A stretch of 64,000 nucleotides of DNA from Calcarisporiella thermophila CBS 279.70. Taxonomy: Eukaryota > Fungi > Calcarisporiellomycota. The notes under the pieces were generated by a model, which saw nothing but the letters and a program-made list of their open reading frames with translations, was not told the origin of the DNA and made no database searches. The position numbers and the translations under genes were made by a program. This document shows, piece by piece, positions 51,941-62,661 of this stretch (positions are counted from its first letter, which is position 1; every line of letters starts with the position of its first letter). Where the stretch lies: positions 37,203 through 101,202 of the forward strand of contig NW_027192231.1 of NCBI RefSeq assembly GCF_041956535.1, read 5' to 3'.

Positions 51941-53532
51941 TTAAATATTCTCGTATTTTTTATTCTTCCTTCCCATCTCATTCAATAGCGGATCCCGCTT
52001 CGGTGGAAGACCAAAGACAGGCTCTCGTACGCCTAATGGATTAAATCGTCAACGTTAGACTATACTATTAAGGCAATTTTGGCAATGGGATAAAACGTAC
52101 CAAGGATGTTCTTGTATATATTTGATACCTCCTCATCCCACACCTCACGGAAGAATGAGACTCCTCGAGTAGTGAGATTGTATTTTGTGTGAATGGTGCG
52201 GATGTCAAAGTCCCTGTAGAGTATAAATCATCATGAATGTGATTATTAATTCTGAAAAAAAAAAGTTTTGTATATTAGAGAAGAGACGAGACGAACCTCT
52301 TATCCAAGGAGAGCTCAATACGCTGCTTTCCACCATCCGGCTGCTCATAAACTAAAAGCGTATACCTGTGATACTTGGTGCCTTTTTGAGGGTGCGGGGG
52401 GAGATATGGAAAAACAGTATCTCCACCTTGTACTTGTGGTGAAGTAGATGAAATAGGAACATTGGTGCTTGAGTGATAAAAGAAATTAACTGGTTCATTA
52501 ACTACTACATTTGCTCGCACGAATCAAGATTGATAGCTTACACAAGCCAGTGGCACATTTGCTTGTAAGTTCTGTTAGCTGTATCGGGTACATCTGGATC
52601 AACCAGTGCAATTGTGTAAAGACGAGTATTGACATGAGTATTCACAATTTTTAACGCGGGAGTCTCGATGGTCTATGTTAATGCAAATGCACCCAAAGTT
52701 AGACGTCTGATAGCCAATTCCGGATAGATAAGTATATACCTTTGCAGGTGAAAGAAATACACCAGGCTCAAAGTTTCCTTCACCGAAATCCACCTGGACT
52801 TCTATGCTAGGAGTAACCGAGGGGTGGACAAGATCGGGAATCACACGCATTTGTGTGATACGCTCCATCTAAATTATAAATCAGAGTCAATATAGTCTAT
52901 CCAATCTGCCCATATCCAAGTGAAATTGCTTTAATGAAAAATGCTTCATACAAGTTTCGCCATAGGTTCCTTCTGCCAGTGCTTCTCCCACATGTAACGA
53001 TATACAGGCTTGGACATATCCACTAATTGCAAGACTTGTTAATTGAGGATTGAATACTCGAAAGGCATGAAATAATGTACTCACCAAAGCCATTCTTGAA
53101 ATTCCACTGCACTTCAGGGTTATTGATTTCCGAGAACACCTCAAGCTTGTATTTCTCCTTTTCAAGTTCCTCCAACTTACTAGCATCATCCTGAGATAGT
53201 GAATCTAAATGATAGCAAGATCAAAATAAGATATCGTCCAAAGAGTAGCATCGTGCCAATCGAAAACATGACATTCCAGTTAAATCGAAATATAATGATT
53301 ATATACCCTTATTTAAGACCTCGATTTCCTTCAAAATATGGCCTAGTTTTTCTATCCGCTCATCACGATCGGCTGCAATAACATTAAGCGCCTCATCATA
53401 CGCGGGATTAACGCCAAGAGCAGGTGGTTGATATGTCTTATTTTGTAGAGATGCATAACATCGGGAACTTGCGATGTAAAAAGGACGAAGACGAGGTCTG
53501 GCAAGAAGCTGTGCTAGCTTTAATGTAGACAT
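51941..53532 (-). CDS. MRPL35: Mitochondrial ribosomal protein mL38/MRPL35 (PEBP domain), multi-exon
   Basis: Presequence, LGVNPAYDEAL, MERITQMRVIPD, YLPPHPQKGTKYHRYTL and SFFREVWD. Confidence 0.9.
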
Positions 53533-56167
53533 TGTGATAAAGTATAGTTCTGTAATACTTTTCTCATTAGGACGCGATCCTAAACAAATTGTTTGTTGTG
53601 ACTTTTTGTGACTGCCATTTTGTTTATTTTTAATGGCTTGGAGTGTCTACTATTTTAAATGGGACTTATAGATATAGACCAGTGGCTACAAAAAGAAGAC
53701 TCAATATGTCTACTCTTTAAAAAACAATATCTAATTCTACACTGAGAGATCAGCGTCGCACAACTCGAAAAATAACAGATATTCTGGTACTTAATTTTAA
53801 GAAAAAACTAGTTTATAATCTATGTATCGTGCGTTTGGATAGATTGGGGTATTGAGGAGACAGGTATAGGAAAATGGTCTTTAAGTAAATTCTAGTCTTA
53901 ATCAAGATAACATTGCAGCGTGAAGAGATGGATAGCAAATTATCTATTATTTCGCTATTACTATTAATCGGCTTCTGAATAAACAATGTATGAGACAAAG
54001 GACGCTTTACTTTACATGATTTGATCCACAATAAAAAGGATTTTCAGCTCAATCAAGTTGCAAAAGAACTATCAATATCTAAAAGACAACAGTACTTTGA
54101 TACCTTATTTATCTTCCAAAGCTGCTCCTATCTACTAAGGGCAAATTCTTTCAAACTGAATGCTTGGGCTTAATTGAGCATCAACATGGCATCGATATTT
54201 TAGAAGAGGCACTGCCGTAATTTTACATATTTTACATATTTAAATACTAATTGAAATTCTTCCGCTGTCCATCCTCTAAAAGATTTTATCGTTGGTTATT
54301 GTCCCTTCAATTGGTTATATGCTAGCAACAAATACAGTATAGGTTTGGGGTCATTGCTGATATATTCCGAAAATATCTGATATGGGAATAACTTTCACAC
54401 GCTATATATTTCGTTACTATATTAATCAAGTAGGAGGTAATTAGCGCTTCCCTCTCCACTTTATATCACCCCATATATGATATAACATAGCTTTTGGCTG
54501 ACCGTTTTCCGTCTTTGCAACCGTCTACAAAATCATCGATTAATCGTCTATGCTGCGGTGTCCGTGGAAGGGAAAAAAATGAGCTTGACTAGATTGTGCA
54601 GACATCGGCTGATCAGACAGTAGCTCCGTTGCTTGGATCACAAGCCCCCGATGGGCCCTCAGTTCAGTCTCTGAAGGTTAGGTTGAAAAAAGGGAGCAAT
54701 GTGTGCGGAGATTGTCGTGAAAAGGAGATAGGATGAGCCGGTGCACATCTTGTGGCGGCGGTAAATATGGGAGGATGAGAGTTGTACTGATGAGTTTGCA
54801 CTCTTGTTGGGAACATAAGCGTAGGTTATGTAAAATAAAATTCCCACCGCTGTACTCCGATTGGTTGCCCTTATAATGTTTTATTTCCTTTCCTGTAACA
54901 AGGTTAACAGCTTTATTTCTATTAATAGTCTGCTAAGAAACTCCTAAGAGTGTTGGACGATGGGCGGCCCATTGAGAAGAGTTAGTATGCTCTTTCAATT
55001 GAAATCAGCAGTAACGCAGTATCTTCCTTTCTGCCTTTAACAAAGGTAGTGATACAGGCTCTCATATCTCAATCAGCCACTCTCCAAACTATTTTTTTAT
55101 TGCGGGGATTCTCTGGTAATCAAATTGGATTTGTGTTTTCATACTCCTTTTAAAAATGGTGGAGAATGAATTGATTTTATTTTGTGTTTTTGTAACTGGC
55201 CATGAGACGCGCACGAATTTTCCAACAACCTGATGGCCCAGATCTATTGCAGCCCTTCTAAATAATATCAACTGCTAGGAACATGCTCCTATAAGTTGAC
55301 CTGCAAGAGGAATGGCATTGAAAGATATAGATCATTGCTGACTTACATTCCCATTCTCTCAAGCCAGGTGGGAATAAGCCGAGGATGTCCCTGAGCTTGG
55401 ATCTCAATTCCATTTGTTAATCTCTCATGCATTCGTGTTGCATATGGATGCATTTTCTGTGCAATGTGACTATGCAGAACCACCGTCTCGGGGAGTCTTA
55501 AGAAATTCTCAGCTTATTCCTGTTTTTTTTTTATATTTTTGGCACATAAGTTCTGCTATTTGAGATTTCTTGTCGAAAAGAAAGTTGGTACATTGTGAAC
55601 TGCGGGTGAAGATGGGAAAAAAAAAAGATAAATAAAGCCGCTGAAATGAAAAAGTTTGGGTAATTACATTTTTCTTTACTTTAAGCTTATGAGAACAACC
55701 CAATTTAGTTTGCAAACTTGGCACATTTACCTGTCAATGATCGTCCCCTCCTCTCGCCCTCTTTTTGACACTTGTACTAATCCTTTGTGAGAACGGCGCT
55801 ATAACCTAAAGTCCATATCAGATGGTCTGAAATTTGCCACAAACATATGCAGGTCCAATGCGCAAATTTTAACCTACGTGCAGTGATTTTAACCCCGCGT
55901 ACGGAACGCTTTGCGTTGTATACAAACTTAGTCGGCACGTGCTGAGAAGCAACTTGTTGCTAACTCTGCAGTCCCCAATAGGAATAGTTGATCGGCAACC
56001 ACGAAAATAACCTCTCCACCAATCTTAACAAATCTTTTATCCAGACTGAGAGAGCCGTACATACGTGACTCGTCTGCAATTATTTATACTCCTAGTGCTG
56101 CTGGCCTGCTCACTTCTCATCTCGCTCAGCTCATTAGTTTTTTTGTTTATTTTCCTCCCCACTTAAC

Positions 56168-57551
56168 ATGGTGCTCAAGCTTTTTGCAAACAGGATAGAG
56201 AGCGACAAGTTGGGGCTAGAAGATCCTTGCGAAACCATTGTTGTGGAGGTGGAGCACTCAATCGACTCCAAAGGGCTCGCCGGCCCGCCTCCTGATGGGG
56301 GGTGGGGATGGGTTGTTGTGTTTGCCACGTTTCTGATTCTGTTCGTATGCTTCGGGCTGAACAACACCTGGTAATGCTCTCATCTTCACTGACGGCTTGA
56401 TGTGCCTGCTAACCCTCAGCGGATGGCCGTAAAACAGGGGAGTGTACCAAGAGTTCTATATGAGAAACAACCCGGAGTTTGGCCTCTTCCACATCTCGCT
56501 TATCGGTGGGTTAAACAATGGCTTGACCTTCCTTGGAGGCCCTTTGGCAGGACCGCTGATAACTCGCTTCGGATACCGGGTCCCCATGCTCATTGGGACA
56601 TTCCTACTGCCCATCTCGCTTTGTCTTGCCAGCTTCACGACCCAGGTGTGGCACCTCTATTTGAGTCAGGGAATCCTGTTCCCAGTGGCTGCAAGCATGC
56701 TCTTCCTCCCCGCAATGCCCCTTCCAAGCCAGTGGTTTTTAAAGAGGAGGGCGCTCGCAACAAGTATATGCTCTTCAGGCAGCGGAATCGGAGGTCTCCT
56801 GTTGGCGCCTATCATAAGATACCTTATCTCGCAGTATTCTGTGGAATGGTGCTTACGGATCGTGGCGGGTATATCCTTTGTATTCTGCTTATTGGCAACC
56901 ATGCTGGCTCGCCCGCGGATCGCCGCAAGCGCCCGAAAATGTGGAAACAAAGCCTTCGACCTCTCACTCTTCCGTCAAAACTCCGGATTCTGTAGTCTGG
57001 TGGCATATGCATTTATCAACAATTTCGGATACCTGATTCCCTTCATCTATATACCCTCGTACGCCACCCATATCGGGCTCCAAGCCGAAACAGGGGCCAT
57101 GCTGCTAGGGCTACTCAGTGGAATTAATGCAGTAGGGCGCATCTTCTCAGGATACCTGGCCGATATAATCGGCTCGATTAATGTGCAGCTTGCATTTGTG
57201 CTTCTCTCTGGCCTCTCCTGTATTCTCGTCTGGCTCTTTGCGAATTCTTTTGTGCTGCTTCTGATCTTTGTCATCCTCTTTGGGCTTCTTGGCGGCGCAT
57301 ACTGGGCCGTCATGCCCTCTACGGCGGCTGATATCGTGGGTGTGGAATACCTTGGATCGGCACTGAATCTAATCTATTTATCCAACGTTGTTCCGCTTGC
57401 TTTCGGAACCATGGTGGCCAGCTCGTTGCTGGAGAAGAGCGGTTCTTACACACCTCCCATCCTATTTGCTGGTTTAACCCTTATCGCTGGGTCGGCTTTG
57501 TTAGTGCATACACGGCTCTGGAAGAGTAAGCGGATATTTGCCAGAGTTTGA
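56168..57551 (+). CDS. MFS monocarboxylate transporter (MCT/Mch family), 2 exons
   Basis: PPDGGWGWVVV, QWFLKRRALA..I.SSGSGIGG, GRIFSGYLAD and about 12 TM segments. Confidence 0.93.
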
Positions 57552-57943
57552 GAAAACGGACCTTTCAACCGCATGCGACGGGCATTACCCTTAACCTATA
57601 CCTCTCGGTACCTATACCTTTATTTTTTTAGTATAATATTAGTTTTAATAGTAGTCATATTTTTGTATAATTCTCATTGCGCTCTTACACGCATTTATAC
57701 ACATATATTTTTATAAATTTATATACATATTCTGCTTCATTTTTGAACGTTCGGAGCTTTCTCGTTCCTATTTCATGTGTCACTATGCCGGCCATATATC
57801 AATGGAATGGTACTAAATGGATGGTCTATGCATGAAATATATATTAATTTTTTGAAATAATTTACAAAAAAAAAAAAAACAGAAACAAAGAAGCAAAGAA
57901 AGAAAAAAAAACGAAATCATTCAAGAAAATGGGAAGAGTACTT

Positions 57944-59089
57944 TTAAATTGATCGATCCGACATCTCGTGCTGTTGTCTCTCTTCTTCCCTTGAAGGAGA
58001 ACCGTGGACTTGTCGACTGCGGTTATTGAGCCACCATATCTCGCTCTTTTCCCACGATTTACCATTCCCAAGAGGAGGCACAGGTATCGGGAAGAAGAGA
58101 GTGTACCAGGGGCTAATCAAATCCAAAAAGGGGCAACAAATTCTTAGATTCAGTTACAGAGATTCGGAAATGACTTGTTGATGCACTTACTATTGAGGAG
58201 AAATGCTAAAAAACCTTCGTAGATTCCCTCTCACACCAAAATCATATGGATTCACAAACGTCTCACCCGAGTTTCTTGCATTTCGTCGGCTATATTCATT
58301 ATTATAGCACTCCACTGTGGTCTGCCCAGTCATGACCAGATAATAGTGCCATCCACCTAATGCTGCAAGAGCAACTCCCATTGCCATAGCGAGAATAATA
58401 GAGAATGCTAGCAGCGCTCGTGGATAGGAATAAGCCCATGGCTTGATAAAGTCAAGGGAGGAGATAAAGACACCCCATCCGCTCCAGACAAAATACGCCG
58501 ATGATAATACCATATAGGTTATGAAAAGCATGAAGTAGCGATGGTTAAAATGCCCAACACAATTGTGGATCCAAGGACAATGATGATCGTACTTGAGTAC
58601 ACAAGCATTACAAACACTACAGTGATGAGCCCGTTCAGGTTTCGGAAGATTACCTGCAAAAAGTGTAAAGGGCTTTAAATGGATGGAGAGCAGGAGAGTA
58701 TACAGAGTTAACTTACATTTTTTACAGGGTTTCCGTACCATTCCTTCCTCCATTCCTAAAAGTCCCTCTTCTTCCTCTCCTCCTTCAATTTCGTCATTCT
58801 TTCTTCCTACAATCGCACCCATTCTTTTATCCAGAGATCCACCTGGTGGGGTCATGATTGCCATGTAATAATGGAAACCAATGCAATATATCATATAAAT
58901 GCTAAAGATCCCATCCAGAATCCATCCGATTGAGAGCGATGGATGGCGCTCCGGAAATATGATCATGAAATATGCGGCAATGCAAGCCAGTATGAGAACG
59001 ATGGCCAGCCCAATGAAAATCGGTCCAATGCTATATATGGCAACATCAACTATTTTTTGGGCATTTTTGCGAAGTTCCGAGAGCGACAT
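57944..59089 (-). CDS. DHHC palmitoyltransferase (ZDHHC16-like), 3 exons
   Basis: CKKC...[36 protein letters not shown] and NPYDFG. Confidence 0.93.
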
Positions 59090-59286
59090 TCTCTAGCGGA
59101 TGTCAGATCGTATTCGAATGATTTACAGAAAGAAGATTATGCTAAGCTCCCCCAGGTGATTGACAAATTTCTGGAAACGAATTAGGACTGGAAAGAAAAT
59201 GGAAACTACAAAGAAGAGAGTAGTGGGGAGTGGAGTTTGAATCGGCGCAAAACTTGAGAGGGCTTATACTCTAACTTAAATACTAG

Positions 59287-59627
59287 TTTTTTTTTTTTTT
59301 TTTTTTACAATCCACATGAAAGCCAAGAAAATGGAAGAGAAAAAAGAAAACAGAAAAGTAAATTAAAGCCCTGCGAGAAATATCAATAACATAGACGGGA
59401 TAAGAGGGATAAAAATATATAGCAGAATATGTTCAGATGATCCATAAAATTTTCAAATAAAAAAAATGTCATGTTGGAGCGTAGCTTACAAAATAAGGAA
59501 TAAGATGACAAACACCAAACAATAATAGTGGAGATTCCAGTCACACTGTGCTAGAGGGGGAGAGGGGGTCTAAACCGCGGTATGTCGATGGCACTGAGGA
59601 GCACTTACGACTTAGCCATTCAACCTC
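59287..59627 (-). mobile_element. SINE family C, degenerate copy with poly(A) tail
   Basis: The head (59553-59627) and adjacent body (aataatagtggagattccagtcaca) are homologous to 60800-60915. Long T-run at 59287-59306. Confidence 0.65.
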
Positions 59628-59641
59628 GTAAATGAAGTTTT

Positions 59642-59769
59642 ATTTTTAACTTAGGATCTTTATTGAAAAGGATTCTATTCGGTTAAAAAGATAGGGTAGC
59701 TTCTACGTTAGCACTACCAAGGTAATGCTCCTGGCCTACCTTGCAGAATCTGGAAGATAGAAGGTTAGG
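59642..59769 (-). mobile_element. 128-bp 5'-truncated retroposon tail with a perfect 14-bp TSD
   Basis: GTAAATGAAGTTTT at 59628-59641 and 59770-59783. Contains the shared tail motif. Confidence 0.85.
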
Positions 59770-59849
59770 GTAAATGAAGTTTTGTATATAATGCTGCGCC
59801 ACTATTTTTGATGATATTAAAATTTAATTCTCCTTTTCTTAATTAAGAA

Positions 59850-59931
59850 GACAGCTTGTCCGAGTGGTTAAGGAGTGTGACTAGAAATCACATGGGCTCT
59901 GCCCGCGCAGGTTCGAGTCCTGCAGCTGTCG
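59850..59931 (+). tRNA. tRNA-Ser (AGA)
   Basis: GACAGCTTGTCCGAGTGGTTAAGGAGTGTGACTAGAAATCACATGGGCTCTGCCCGCGCAGGTTCGAGTCCTGCAGCTGTCG, with a long variable arm. Confidence 0.96.
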
Positions 59932-60029
59932 CTTCTGCTTTTAATGGTTGTCGAATTTTTATATTTTTTTGAATACCATTCTTTATGATTCGCAAGCTTT
60001 CTTTTTATTAAAGAAATAGGAGAAGTATA

Positions 60030-60170
60030 AGTTGAAATATGTGCCATAGCTTAGAGAGCGGGCGGGAGTTTACAAGGTGGATCTTTCCTACTGGGTATAC
60101 CGATCTTGTTTTCCATGATTCGACGGCCTTATGTAGTTTGGCTCTCAGTTTTTGTGGGAAGATTTTCTCT
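60030..60170 (-). mobile_element. Internal LINE ORF2 fragment (post-RT region)
   Basis: KLHKAVESWKTRSVYPVGKIHLVNSRPLSKLWH aligns with KLRQTIQSWRIRKLSLLGKVHLINSRLLSRIWY in 63186..63806. Confidence 0.7.
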
Positions 60171-60176
60171 CTCTTG

Positions 60177-60473
60177 TTTATTTTTTTAACAAAGGGCCTT
60201 ATTGAAAGGTATCCGATTTTGTTAAAAGGGTAGGGTAGCATCTACGTCAAAATCACTCAGGTAATGCTCCTGGCCGGCCTTGTAGAGAGGAATTGCTTGT
60301 GCCGAGAAAGATATAGAATAAGTAATATATATGGAAGAATTTCATTGACACATTTTACTGTATTTCGGAGAAGTTGTAACGAAGTAGCCTATAGCCCGAT
60401 TCCTAGAGTGTGTCCCGGTCACACCGCTGGTTCTGGTGCCGTCACCGGGAATCGAACCCAGCGCACAATGCAG
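60177..60473 (-). mobile_element. SINE with a partial tRNA-like head and the shared LINE-type tail
   Basis: Head CTGGGTTCGATTCCCGGTGACGGCACCA (60434-60461), tail motif at 60195-60275, A-rich end. Confidence 0.72.
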
Positions 60474-60484
60474 CGCGTATGTTT

Positions 60485-60915
60485 TTTTTTAAAGCTACGG
60501 ATCTTTATTGAAAAGTATTCTCAGGAAGTTAATCGTTGGTGAATCAAAAGTCATAAGCCTTTGTGCAAATTATAGCCAATTGCTGGCAGAAGGTATAAAT
60601 AGTTAAGAAATAGTAATACAGATACGGCAAGCAAGGGACAGTAATGAGAGACAGTAATAATGGGAAGAGCAGACACAACAAGACAGGGGCAATACTAGTG
60701 GAGGAGCAGGGCTTGACAGGACGAAGAGGGATTGTAGAGAACCAGACTGGAAAAAACAGAGATAATAATAGTGGAGAGCATAGACACGGCAAGCAAGACA
60801 CAGAATTGGTGGAGAGTCCAGACACATTTTTTGTGTTGGTGGGGGTTAAGGGGTTCGAATCCGTGCCATCTCTATGGCACTTAGGAGTGCTTACTACTAA
60901 GCTACTCCACCCCCC
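60485..60915 (-). mobile_element. SINE family C copy (head 60837-60915, internally repetitive body)
   Basis: GGGGGTGGAGTAGCTTAGTAG...GGATTCGAACCCCTTAACCCCCACCA. Tail AATAAAGATCC plus poly(A). TSD CGCGTATGTTT at 60474-60484 and 60918-60928. Confidence 0.82.
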
Positions 60916-60962
60916 AACGCGTATGTTTACTTTTTTTATTTTCCTCAAACGCGAATGTTTAC

Positions 60963-62640
60963 CTTTTTTTGGGATTAAAGGATCTTTATTGAAAAGTAGC
61001 CTTTTTAGTTAATAAAGTGACTTGTCAGTCCTCAGAAACAAGAAATACATGTAAGCAATGGTAGAGCGTGTGAATACCATCCTACTTTTCAAGGAAGGTA
61101 TAATACAAGAGAGGAAAAGAATAGAAACAAAAAAAATAAAAGGAAAAATTGGAATGCGGGTGGTAGGGTATTCGGCAAGGTCGTATTGGAGCTAAGTGTT
61201 TTTGAAGGATATTTCGTCTCCTTGGACTTGTATCCAACTCCCCTTACACCAGAGCTCTTGGAGATCTTCTTTCTCATCCTTTATAGACGCTGGCCACAAT
61301 TTGGATCTCACGATTTTTTGCATTTCATGCCCTAGTTGTTCAGCGAGCGCTATTTCGCTTGGTTGGGCGTTATCCATTATTATCGATAATCTTGATCGAT
61401 AGATGATCCAGATTGCTGCATCATGGCCCGTTGCCACTACTTCCCGTTGGTAGCCCATGGTTTTGTAGTCTGTTCCAAATAGTCTGTCTTCTTTGGTTGT
61501 TTCGTGGGCTCTCACTCCAAGAATGCGGCAGACGTAACTCTCTACCGTTTGCAATAACTGACTTATGGCCGGGCATTCCAGATAAGCTTGACTAATGGTT
61601 TCCACTGCGTTGGTTGTGCACCGCTTGCAAATGTTAGGTTCTCCTGTCCACTTACTAGTGATTATGTTTGTCACCAATCTGTGTTTCAAGAGTCTCCATC
61701 TTAGTGCCCTAGGCTTGGGTTCGCTCGGCCGCTTTTTCCATTGCATCCAAGCTACTTCCCAACTGATGGATTTGCTTGAGATCTCTTTCCACTCCGGAGT
61801 GATATTCTCTCCTTTGCTTGTCATGTAGANNNNNNNNNNNNNNNNNNNNNNNNNNNNNNNNNNNNNNNNNNNNNNNNNNNNNNNNNNNNNNNNNNNNNNN
61901 NNNNNNNNNNNNNNNNNNNNNNNNNNNNNNNNNNNNNNNNNNNNNNNNNNNNNNNNNNNNNNNNNNNNNNNNNNNNNNNNNNNNNNNNNNNNNNNNNNNN
62001 NNNNNNNNNNNNNNNNNNNNNNNNNNNNNNNNNNNNNNNNNNNNNNNNNNNNNNNNNNNNNNNNNNNNNNNNNNNNNNNNNNNNNNNNNNNNNNNNNNNN
62101 NNNNNNNNNNNNNNNNNNNNNNNNNNNNNNNNNNNNNNNNNNNNNNNNNNNNAAATGTTAGGTTCTCCTGTCCACTTACTAGTGATTATGTTTGTCACCA
62201 ATCTGTGTTTCAAGAGTCTCCATCTTAGTGCCCTAGGCTTGGGTTCGCTCGGCCGCTTTTTCCATTGCATCCAAGCTACTTCCCAACTGATGGATTTGCT
62301 TGAGATCTCTTTCCACTCCGGAGTGATATTCTCTCCTTTGCTTGTCATGTAGAGCCTCCCGATTTTTGTACGGAAGTCTTTGATCTTTGTGCCAGCTAGC
62401 ACACATTTACCCAGCGGGAACGTGTATGGTCCTTCAATCTGGGGTACACCCTGTAGCAGGGCATCAGCCAGTTGTGGGATCAGTTGGATCTCTCGTTTCC
62501 TCCAGTGCCACTGAAGAACTATGTAGCTGTCTCTAAATTGGCTGGAATATTGGTCGGAATTTCTCGCCACGTATTTATGGACTTCTGGTTCTACCATCGG
62601 TTTGTCTCGGGTGATGCTCGAGTGCATTCGAAATGGTAGG
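60963..62640 (-). mobile_element. 5'-truncated L1/Tx1-like LINE (ORF2 C-terminal zf-RVT region plus 3' UTR)
   Basis: WRLLKHRL...CKRC...ETISQAYLECP...IWIIYRSR, and a 3' end AATAAAGATCC...(A)7. Spans an assembly gap. Confidence 0.88.
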
Positions 62641-62661
62641 CGTGTGTATGTTTAACGATCG

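Noticed and set aside
60615-60826. Imperfect tandem repeats resembling a CRISPR-like array
   Set aside because: The units are degenerate and irregular, lie inside a SINE body in a eukaryotic genome, and have no cas genes or unique spacers.
61629-62353. Identical 201-bp direct repeat (61629-61829 and 62153-62353) flanking the N gap
   Set aside because: Most likely an unmerged contig overlap at a scaffold gap rather than a biological duplication or LTR.
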